Shown here in pieces: positions 23,929 to 31,029 of a stretch of DNA of 64,000 nucleotides (within the stretch, counting starts at the first letter, position 1; each line of letters begins with the position of its first letter). Under the pieces are notes generated by a model. The model had not been told where the DNA came from. It did not search any database and worked only from the letters and a program-made list of their open reading frames with translations. The DNA lies in contig MHBK01000048.1 of NCBI GenBank assembly GCA_001804865.1, positions 4,843 to 68,842 of the forward strand, read 5' to 3'. The translations under genes were made by a program, and so were the position numbers. The DNA is from Lentisphaerae bacterium GWF2_57_35. Lineage in GTDB: Bacteria; Verrucomicrobiota; Kiritimatiellia; CAIQIC01; GWF2-57-35.

Positions 23929-24845
23929 TTACCAGAACGCCATTGGGAGTGTCCTTTTTCGATCGGCTTTATGGAGGCATTTATCGCGGCCGCTCCTGTC
24001 TGGTGACCGGCCGATCGGGTTCGGGCAAGACCGCCGTCAGCCTGCATTTTCTTTCGCACGGGTTGATGTTGCAGGAACGCTGCCTGATGCTTTGCGCCAA
24101 ACCCGCCCAGGATATCGCCATTCATGCCAGCTCCTTGGGCCTGCCGGTTCAATCGGCTGTGGAGTCGGGCAATTTGATCTTGTTGGAATACAGCGACTTT
24201 GTGCCCGGCCGCGATCGGGAAGAAACGCTTATCCTGCCCCCCGACGCTTTTCTGCAGCTTAAAGAAATCATCGAAGCCCAAGCGATTCAACGGCTCATCA
24301 TCGATACCGTCTTGCCCTGGATCACCCTGCCGGATCGGGAAAAAGTGGCGGAACACGTCTTTTCGTTTGTCCGGGCCATCGATCGGTTGGGCGTATCGAC
24401 GCTGTTCACCATGCTCAAGCCGGTTTCCGTGCCCGCCTTTCAATTGCGGCAATTGATGGAGAACCTTGTGCCGATTTCCATCAGCTTGGTCTACACTCCG
24501 GAAAACGAGTCGCGCGAATGGGTGACCAATAAATACATGGGCATGAACATCCAGGCCCAGACCGTCAAATACAATATATCTCAAGGACAAGGCCTCTACG
24601 AAATTTCCGGCGCCGATGCGCCGGAGGCTTCGGTGTCCGCCTTCTCCTCTTACTCCGCGGCGCCGGACGTACAGCCGAATGCCGCTTCCGATCGTACCCC
24701 GCCGATGCAAAAAGGCTTTGCCGATTTTGTCCTCGATAAAACCGCCTATCGCGCCGCGCCTCTGCGCACTCATTCTGTTGCGTCTGTTCGTCCGTCATCG
24801 GACAAGCCGGGAGGATCGCCATCTGTTTTCGGATCGCCCAAGTAG
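23925..24845 (+). CDS. KaiC/RecA-superfamily ATPase-like protein with a Pro/Ser/Ala-rich tail
   Basis: ATGA overlap with the receiver gene. 'FDRLYGGIYRGRSCLVTGRSGSGKTAVSLHFLSHG' (Walker A in the KaiC/RadA-like context), 'QRLIIDTV' (Walker B-like). The last ~90 aa are low complexity ('SAFSSYSAAPDVQPNAASDRTPP...SSDKPGGSPSVFGSPK'). Confidence 0.65.
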   Translation: MITRTPLGVSFFDRLYGGIYRGRSCLVTGRSGSGKTAVSLHFLSHGLMLQERCLMLCAKPAQDIAIHASSLGLPVQSAVESGNLILLEYSDFVPGRDREETLILPPDAFLQLKEIIEAQAIQRLIIDTVLPWITLPDREKVAEHVFSFVRAIDRLGVSTLFTMLKPVSVPAFQLRQLMENLVPISISLVYTPENESREWVTNKYMGMNIQAQTVKYNISQGQGLYEISGADAPEASVSAFSSYSAAPDVQPNAASDRTPPMQKGFADFVLDKTAYRAAPLRTHSVASVRPSSDKPGGSPSVFGSPK

Positions 24846-24870
24846 TAGTCGTCAAAGGAGTATGCATTAG

Positions 24871-25731
24871 ATGTACGTGTCGTATTGGAACTTGCGGGAA
24901 AGACCGTTTCAGAATGTGGCCAACACGCAATTTGCCTATTTATCCCCGCAGCATCGGGAAGGATTAGCTCGCCTGTTGTATATCGTGGAAGAACGGAAGC
25001 TCGGCGGGGTTCTGATCGGTCCCTATGGCGCCGGCAAAACCATGATATTGGAAATGCTCGCCGGCATCGTGAAAACCCGGCCCAACCTCACCTATATTCA
25101 AATCGATGCCCCTCCGTCCAATGCCCTGGCTTTGGCCCGGCAGTTGTTGGCGTGCCTGCAATACACGCAGCCGGTTAACGATATCGCACAAGCCCTTAAT
25201 GCCATTCAAGGCTATTTATCCTATGCCGGAACGGCCGTTCCTCATTTGGTGGTGGTCGTCGACGAAGCCCAGATGTTGCAGGACTCCGACGCTTTTGAGT
25301 TCCTTCATTTGTTGTGCAATATGAGAGTGCGGAATAAGGACGGCGGGGTGGGGGAAAATGGGATCACCCTCATTCTGGCGGGACATCAGGATCTGGTCAG
25401 CCGCTTGGCCGCCCGGGCCTCGCTGGCTCAACGATTGCAGTTCTTCTGGAAGCTGGATCCGCTGAACCAACAGCAAACCATGGAATATGTCCAACATCGC
25501 ATGCGCAGCGCCGGCGGAGATATCTGGGCCTTCGAAGAAGAAGCGTTGAAAGCCATCGTGACTTATACGCAAGGGCTGCCGCGCTTGATCAACAACCTCT
25601 GCGACGTGGCCTTGTTGCTCGGATGCGCCATGAACGGGTCCCGCATTACAGCCGATATTGTTCGGCAGGCCGCCCGCGATGTCCAAATTCCCACCCTAAC
25701 GGAAGCCAACACCATATCGGAGGCGTCATGA
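24871..25731 (+). CDS. ExeA/MshM-like AAA ATPase (AAA_22 type)
   Basis: AAAGGAG SD lies 10 nt upstream. 'FAYLSPQHREGLARLLY' (ExeA-like N-terminus), Walker A 'GPYGAGKTM', Walker B 'HLVVVVDEAQ', 'LILAGHQDL' and 'GLPRLINNLCD'. No peptidoglycan-binding or TM extension. Confidence 0.7.
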   Translation: MYVSYWNLRERPFQNVANTQFAYLSPQHREGLARLLYIVEERKLGGVLIGPYGAGKTMILEMLAGIVKTRPNLTYIQIDAPPSNALALARQLLACLQYTQPVNDIAQALNAIQGYLSYAGTAVPHLVVVVDEAQMLQDSDAFEFLHLLCNMRVRNKDGGVGENGITLILAGHQDLVSRLAARASLAQRLQFFWKLDPLNQQQTMEYVQHRMRSAGGDIWAFEEEALKAIVTYTQGLPRLINNLCDVALLLGCAMNGSRITADIVRQAARDVQIPTLTEANTISEAS

Positions 25732-26072
25732 ACTACGAAATCGATACCCCTCTGACCATGACGGGTTTGATTGCCACGATCGTCAGTCTGATCTTTGCCG
25801 GCGCCGCTTGGTACAATTCGTATCGCCGCCGCCATCATGCCCAGCCGGACGTTCCCAGAGGACCGGTCTCGCCGCCGCCTGCCGAAGTGGCGCGGCTGCA
25901 CAAAGAGCCGTCGATCCAACCGGCCAAACCAGCTTTTTCAGCTCCTGTCCCCAGCCCGTTCGAAGCGTCGGACGCGCTCCCTAATTCCTCCTCGCTTTTT
26001 AAAAAGTTGGGTGTTAATGGAATGGAAGAACCTTCACAAGTTGGTGAAGACAAGCAATACCGCTGGGAATAA
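25728..26072 (+). CDS. Small bitopic membrane protein with a proline-rich tail
   Basis: ATGA overlap with the AAA ATPase gene. One TM segment 'LTMTGLIATIVSLIFAGAAWY', then 'PDVPRGPVSPPPAEV...PAKPAFSAPVPSPF'. The position and shape recall the small partner (ExeB/GspB-type) of ExeA-like ATPases. Homology is not demonstrable by eye. Confidence 0.5.
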   Translation: MNYEIDTPLTMTGLIATIVSLIFAGAAWYNSYRRRHHAQPDVPRGPVSPPPAEVARLHKEPSIQPAKPAFSAPVPSPFEASDALPNSSSLFKKLGVNGMEEPSQVGEDKQYRWE

Positions 26073-26126
26073 TTCCCTCGTTTTGCGTGAGCACATCGAA
26101 GGACAGGCGCAGCAGGAAGGTGATTC

Positions 26127-26594
26127 ATGGCCATGGTATGGGTGGTTGACGACGACAACGAAGTTCGGGGCGTGGTCCAGACTTTGCTTGAAGGATTGGG
26201 GCATCAGGCCCGTTCCTTCGGAGACGCTCAAACCGCATTGCAGGAATACCGACCGGGCGCCGCCGAAGTCATCATCTCCGATGTGCGAATGCCGGCGATG
26301 GACGGCCTGGCCTTCACTCACGCCATCCTCGACCGCGACCCGGAAGCCAGCATCATCATTCTGACCGGCTATCCTTCGGTCAATACCGCCGTCGAAGCCA
26401 TGCAGGCGGGCGCCGTGGATTTCTTAGGCAAACCCTGCAACGTCGGCGAACTGCGCGTGCGGGTCGACCGGGCCCTGGACATCCGCGCCTGGCAGGTCCG
26501 CCTGCGTAAAAACCGCCTGTTGACGCTGGGCCTGATCCTCTCCCTGCCGCTCTGGATTATCCTCGGGATCGTATTGGTTTCATTCCTGCATTGA
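26127..26594 (+). CDS. Response-regulator receiver domain with a C-terminal transmembrane anchor
   Basis: 'VWVVDDD', phospho-acceptor 'VIISDVRMPAMDG', 'IIILTGY' and 'FLGKPC', then a TM segment 'LLTLGLILSLPLWIILGIVLVSFL'. AGGAAGG SD. Confidence 0.8.
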   Translation: MAMVWVVDDDNEVRGVVQTLLEGLGHQARSFGDAQTALQEYRPGAAEVIISDVRMPAMDGLAFTHAILDRDPEASIIILTGYPSVNTAVEAMQAGAVDFLGKPCNVGELRVRVDRALDIRAWQVRLRKNRLLTLGLILSLPLWIILGIVLVSFLH

Positions 26595-26895
26595 GGCTGG
26601 CGCACGCGAGCCGCCAGAAAAAGGATGGATCGCGCACGTCTTTGTTCTTCATCAATACGCATGCGAAACCCCACGGTTTTTTTCTGTAGATGTACTTCGT
26701 TGAAACGTAGCCTTGTTTGCAGTGCATTTGAGCGAAAGACCCTGCGGTGCTCATAATCTTGACTATGCGCAATATCTCCCTAATCTACTTCCAAGGAGAT
26801 TGATATTAGCACGATCTAAGTGACCTGTTAGTCGGACGCTGCACACCCGGCTATGCGACGTGGGCGGGCCACATTAGCGACAAAACGAGAACCAC

Positions 26896-27552
26896 ATGAA
26901 ACAGTTATTGATACAACTTATTAAGAACACCCCTCTTTACCAACCACTCATTAAGTGGATCATAAGAAGACAGCAAAAAAGAGACCTCGTTGAATGGGAA
27001 AAAAAGGGCAGGCCCGTTCCCCCGCCGCATATCGTCAAACAGCGAACACTCCGTGCTTTTGCAAAGAAGTTCGGGCTAAAAATTTTAGTTGAGACAGGGA
27101 CCTATTATGGCGACATGGTTGAAGCCATGAAAGGGGACTTCAATCGGATATACTCTATTGAGCTGGGGAAAGAACTGTACGAGAAAGCCAAAAAGAGATT
27201 TGAAGGTGAAGGAAAAGTTGAGCTGATTCATGGCGATAGCGGATTCGTACTGAAGAATCTGATTGAAAGGATTGATGAACCTGCCTTGTTTTGGTTGGAC
27301 GGTCATTACTCCGCAGGAGTAACAGCGAAAGGCGGTAAAGTAACGCCTATTTACGAGGAGTTGACGCATATATTTAAAGGCGCAGATAGGGGGCATGTAA
27401 TTATTATTGACGATGCACGCTGTTTCGGAAAAAGCCCTGATTATCCGAGCCTCAAGGACCTGAGCGATTTCATTAGATCCAACAAACCTGATGCCCATAT
27501 CGCGATCGAAGATGACAGTATAAGGATCACGCCAAGCCTGGTGAGCAACTAA
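26896..27552 (+). CDS. Putative SAM-dependent methyltransferase (orphan, in an AT-richer islet)
   Basis: Rossmann-type 'KILVETGTYYGDM', 'IYSIELGKELYEKAKKRF', 'LIHGDS' and 'VIIIDDARCF'. This resembles small class I O-methyltransferase-like proteins of glycan clusters. The family is not resolved. Confidence 0.5.
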   Translation: MKQLLIQLIKNTPLYQPLIKWIIRRQQKRDLVEWEKKGRPVPPPHIVKQRTLRAFAKKFGLKILVETGTYYGDMVEAMKGDFNRIYSIELGKELYEKAKKRFEGEGKVELIHGDSGFVLKNLIERIDEPALFWLDGHYSAGVTAKGGKVTPIYEELTHIFKGADRGHVIIIDDARCFGKSPDYPSLKDLSDFIRSNKPDAHIAIEDDSIRITPSLVSN

Positions 27553-27758
27553 TCATGGGCTGAAGTCAGAACCAAACCATGCTGTGCATATTTGATTGTT
27601 GTCTTGAAGCCTGTCGATAGCTCTTGATTTAGCATCTTGACGCACAACATATTTATTGTAGTCCGGTTCTGCGAACCGGCCTACAGGGGCGAAGAACCAT
27701 CCCGTTATGCGCAACGAGCACCTTCATGGGGGGACAGAAACTGGCGGCAGTGTCCTGT

Positions 27759-27993
27759 CCTGACTTCAACACGGGCAAAAAACACGCTGAAATCCCCTGA
27801 AAATCAAAGGACGAGTCTTGGTTTTGGGTGTCCCCCAATGTTGAAGTCAGGAAATAAGAAAACATCGAACACTCAACATCGAACAACGAACTTCGAACTG
27901 AACAAGGAATTTTTAAATTCCACATTGGATGTTCGACGTTCGATGTTGGTTGTTCGATGTTTTCTTCGGTTTCTTACACTCCTGACTTCAACA
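27759..27993. repeat. Long imperfect palindrome (about 155 bp) with an extra upstream copy of one arm
   Basis: TGTTGAAGTCAGG (27839-27851) versus CCTGACTTCAACA (27981-27993). The inner arms are rich in CATCGAACA-type words and are complementary over about 50 bp ('agaaaacatcgaacactcaacatcgaac' versus 'gttcgatgttggttgttcgatgttttct'). The centre is GGAATTTTTAAATTCC. A further direct copy, CCTGACTTCAACA, lies at 27759-27771. Confidence 0.7.
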
Positions 27994-28090
27994 GCGTCAA
28001 GCTGCACCCCGAAGCAATCCCAACCCAAGCAAGAGCTTGACGATTTTGTTGTCTTTCGATATAGAACCCTTATCTCTAGAGGGGGGAATC

Positions 28091-28582
28091 ATGGAACCGC
28101 TCAAACACACCAAGGACCAACGTGCAGACCATCCTGCGTTGGCGGAATCGAATAAATCGGCGCATCAATTAATTGTAGACCAAAAGCATAAACTCCTGGT
28201 CGATAGGGTGATCGCGCATATTGGAACAAATAAAGACATCTTTTTAGACCGCGATGCAGCGGCGCGCCTTGCGATGATGAGCCCTCAACATTTCTCCAAA
28301 GTTTTTTTTAAAATCACGGGCGTTACCTACTCGGACTATCTCTTTCCACTTCTGGTTGCGCGAGTTCGCGAGCTGCTTGCTGACCCGATGCTGTCGATCA
28401 AGTTCATATCTGCGACGGTTGGCTTTAAAAGCGCCAACTACTTTTCGTCATGGTGCCGCAACGTTTTTGGCCTGACCCCCACCGAATATCGTGCCGCCCA
28501 TTCCAGTCCAGCTTACCAAATCAGAGAAGATCTTCCCAAATCAGAGATGAAACCTATTGGCGCCGCCTTGACTTTTCATTAA
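28091..28582 (+). CDS. AraC/XylS-family HTH transcriptional regulator (short form)
   Basis: The GAGGGGGGA SD precedes ATG 28091. The C-terminal double-HTH signature reads 'LAMMSPQHFSKVFFKITGVTYSDYL...IKFISATVGFKSANYFSSWCRNVFGLTPTEYR'. Confidence 0.75.
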   Translation: MEPLKHTKDQRADHPALAESNKSAHQLIVDQKHKLLVDRVIAHIGTNKDIFLDRDAAARLAMMSPQHFSKVFFKITGVTYSDYLFPLLVARVRELLADPMLSIKFISATVGFKSANYFSSWCRNVFGLTPTEYRAAHSSPAYQIREDLPKSEMKPIGAALTFH

Positions 28583-28843
28583 AGTCCGCTCCCATTGCCA
28601 AGGAGTTAGTGCTGGAAAATCATCAAGGGGAAGCCGGTTTTGACAGAGCAAAACCCTCCAAATGTGATAGGGGTAGGGACGGCTCAACCTAATGAGCCGT
28701 CCCTACCCCTATCAAAAAGAGGATCTCGCAATGCGGCTCCAGCACAAAAAATCCGAAAAAGCTTGCCCGGGGGAGTCTGGTTTTTCAATCATGAGTCTTA
28801 TTCAGTGCTGGCTTCCAATGATTGGAAGTCCACGAAAGGATGC

Positions 28844-29422
28844 ATGAATCGAGAAGAAGCGATTGAGGTGTTTCGGAATACGCACGCCTTGTTGTCAGGG
28901 CATTTCGAGTTGAGATCGGGGTTGCACAGCGATCAATTTTTTCAGTGTGCGCAGGTGCTCCAATATCCGCGGTTGGCGGAAAAACTGTGCCGGGCGCTGA
29001 TGGAGAAGATTCATCAGGCGCGGGGACGCGATTTTGAAGTGCAGGCGGTCATTTCGCCGGCTTTGGGCGGTATTCCCGTGGGGCAGGAGATTGGGCGGAT
29101 TTTGGATGTGCGGGCTATCTTTGCGGAAAAGCAGGATGGCAAGCTGGTGTTGCGTCGGGCCTTTGAAGTTCGCCGGGGCGAACATTTTATCGTGGCGGAA
29201 GACGTCGTGACGCGCGGCGGACGGGTGCAGGAAACCATCGATATTGTGACCAGCCGCGGCGGTATTGTGGATGCGGTGGTGGTTCTGGTCGATCGCAGCG
29301 GCGGCAAGGCTTCGTTTGGGCCGCCTATGTTCAGTCTGCTTCAGTTGGAGCCGATGACTTGGAGTCCGGAGGATTGCCCCTTGTGCAAGGCCGGCAGCAA
29401 GGCGGTTCATCCCGGGAGTTGA
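28844..29422 (+). CDS. pyrE: Orotate phosphoribosyltransferase
   Basis: 'LLSGHFELRSGLHSDQFFQCAQVL', 'VISPALGGIPVG' and the PRPP-binding motif 'FIVAEDVVTRGGRVQE'. Start at ATG 28844 gives a typical ~190-aa PyrE. The track's 260-aa version has a non-homologous leader. Confidence 0.8.
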   Translation: MNREEAIEVFRNTHALLSGHFELRSGLHSDQFFQCAQVLQYPRLAEKLCRALMEKIHQARGRDFEVQAVISPALGGIPVGQEIGRILDVRAIFAEKQDGKLVLRRAFEVRRGEHFIVAEDVVTRGGRVQETIDIVTSRGGIVDAVVVLVDRSGGKASFGPPMFSLLQLEPMTWSPEDCPLCKAGSKAVHPGS

Positions 29423-29464
29423 GTTTGAAAGAACAATAAAGAGTTTAACGCAAAGGTGATTCCA

Positions 29465-29531
29465 CCTCATAATCTCTTCATCGATACAGCCAGGAGAGAT
29501 TAAGATTACGATTAAGATTATGATTATGAGG
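29465..29531. repeat. Hexamer-periodic hairpin element (GATTAN)n
   Basis: CCTCATAATCTC (29465-29476) is complementary to the end of GAGATTAAGATTACGATTAAGATTATGATTATGAGG (29496-29531). The right arm is a run of GATTA(A/C/T) hexamers. Confidence 0.6.
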
Positions 29532-29652
29532 AAGATAAAAAGAGGCTGACGCGAGTCGATGCGTTACGAATGAAAATATGTACGCTTGAGCCTATCGAAT
29601 TAGGCTCTTATTCATATGCGCGGGAGCCGTGTCAAAATGCACCCGATTCAAT

Positions 29653-29681
29653 AAAGGCAGGCCGGAAGGCCTGCCTTTTTT
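29653..29681. terminator. Bidirectional rho-independent terminator
   Basis: AAA-GGCAGGCC-ggaa-GGCCTGCC-TTTTTT: an 8-bp GC stem, a tetraloop, T6 on the plus strand and a T-rich tail (TTTAT) on the minus strand. It lies 19 nt downstream of the minus-strand gene ending at 29700. Confidence 0.8.
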
Positions 29682-29699
29682 GACGGAATGGGTGACGAT

Positions 29700-30266
29700 T
29701 TATTTGGCGACGATTTCGGCGTCGTCGAAGCGCAGGGCGCCGTCGCGGCCTTCGCTTTGTTTGGGATAGCAGATCACCAAGACTCGGACGCCTTTGGCTT
29801 TGGTGGTTCCCGTGACGGAGAGCTGGGTCCAGCCGGTATTGATTTCTTCCATGGTGTAAATCTGAGTGGCCAGAGGATCGCCGCCGTTCAACGGTTCGAG
29901 GCGCAGTTCAACCTTCTCGTTGTTGGCTTTTTCGTCCTTCGAGGCGTAAATCGAGAAAGTTACTTTTTGGTTGGCCTGAACGCCTTCCACATCCTGATAG
30001 AGGCCGGAATTGTCTTTTTCGGAAATCTGCCAGTGATGATAACCGATGATGCAAGTGCCCGTGCGGACGGGTTTCCATTCGGTTTCGCGATTAATCCAAT
30101 GGCCCCAGCGGCCCCAAGCTTGGGCTCGATCGCCGTAGGTATTGTCGGCGGAGGTGTCCGCTTCTTCGAAAGACGGATTCTTTAGTTCAACCGCCATGGA
30201 CAGCGCGACGCTGGCCAGGAAGGCTGTGACCGTTAACATAGCTGAATTCAACCCTACTTTCATCAT
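29700..30266 (-). CDS. Secreted protein with a carbohydrate-binding-module-like (CBM4_9 / galactose-binding-like) beta-sandwich
   Basis: Signal peptide 'MMKVGLNSAMLTVTAFLASVALSMA'. The mature part starts 'VELKNPSFEE', the typical CBM4_9 N(P/G)SFE opening. It is beta-rich and ends 'LRFDDAEIV'. Confidence 0.5.
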   Translation of the reverse strand: MMKVGLNSAMLTVTAFLASVALSMAVELKNPSFEEADTSADNTYGDRAQAWGRWGHWINRETEWKPVRTGTCIIGYHHWQISEKDNSGLYQDVEGVQANQKVTFSIYASKDEKANNEKVELRLEPLNGGDPLATQIYTMEEINTGWTQLSVTGTTKAKGVRVLVICYPKQSEGRDGALRFDDAEIVAK

Positions 30267-30281
30267 CTTGATCTCCTTGTT

Positions 30282-30938
30282 TTATTGTTCGACGGGCTCC
30301 GCAACCATTTCAGCCACTTCTTCAGCTAATTCCTGAGCGGCTTCCATGGCCATGGTTTTCCGTTCACTGGAGTCGTGATGGTGGATGACGTCTTGTCCGT
30401 CAGCCCACGCCACGGCAATATCCGTAACGCCGATGAACGAAAAAATGGAACGTAAGACGGGAGTAATGCCGTCATCGGGGTCTTCTTCTTTGAATACGGC
30501 TCCGGACGCGACCAGCAGGATAACCTTGCGAAGGTGATGCATAATGGAAACGCCGTCGGGGCCCCACGAAAAGACGATGCCCGGGGACAGGACTTGATCC
30601 AGCCACGCCTTCATAATGGCAGGCATGGAGTTGCACCACATGGGCATGGTCAGCACGAGGACGTCGGCTTCCTTGAGCAAGGCTCCTTGATTGCGGGCAT
30701 AGGTAGAGGCTTTTTCTTCCGTGCCGGTGATTTTGTAAGCCGGGTCTTTAATTGGATTCCAGAAATAGCGAAGGGCATCGTTGGAAACGTAAGGGGGCGG
30801 ATTCTGATAAAGATCCACGTTGGTTACGTCGATATCCGGATTCAATTCAGCGAGTTTCGCAAAAAAGGAGGCGGCCAATTGTTTAGAGGCCGATTCAGAA
30901 ATCGGTTTCGGGTTTCCGCAAATATGCAATACGTTCAT
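30282..30938 (-). CDS. Flavodoxin-like-fold NAD(P)H quinone/azo-reductase (AzoR-like)
   Basis: 'MNVLHICGNPKP..SASKQLAASFFAKLAE...VTNVDLY' and 'EADVLVLTMPMWCNSMPAIMKAWLDQV' match the AzoR/flavodoxin_2 layout. Confidence 0.6.
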   Translation of the reverse strand: MNVLHICGNPKPISESASKQLAASFFAKLAELNPDIDVTNVDLYQNPPPYVSNDALRYFWNPIKDPAYKITGTEEKASTYARNQGALLKEADVLVLTMPMWCNSMPAIMKAWLDQVLSPGIVFSWGPDGVSIMHHLRKVILLVASGAVFKEEDPDDGITPVLRSIFSFIGVTDIAVAWADGQDVIHHHDSSERKTMAMEAAQELAEEVAEMVAEPVEQ

Positions 30939-31029
30939 GAACTCTCGTTTCTCCTATATGTATTATTCTTCTTTTAATGCATCTTTCAAATTAACGCCAC
31001 AAAAATGTCGAAATCTTATACAGGCGGCG

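Noticed and set aside
21805-26594. c-di-GMP control of the EPS synthase (PilZ, GGDEF/EAL, PgaD-like or PelD-like genes)
   Set aside because: None of the proteins in or next to the locus shows RxxxR/DxSxxG PilZ motifs, GG(D/E)EF or EAL signatures by eye. Absence cannot be proven without HMM searches, so I note it only as a negative observation.
28640-28843. Long N-terminal extension of PyrE (track start 28640) and of the ABC ATPase (52288), the sugar dehydrogenase (to 52390), Rmd (to 59894) and Gmd (to 60808)
   Set aside because: In each case the family-conserved N-terminus (Rossmann or P-loop opening) begins at an internal ATG with a plausible SD. The upstream residues are non-homologous and often overlap neighbouring features.
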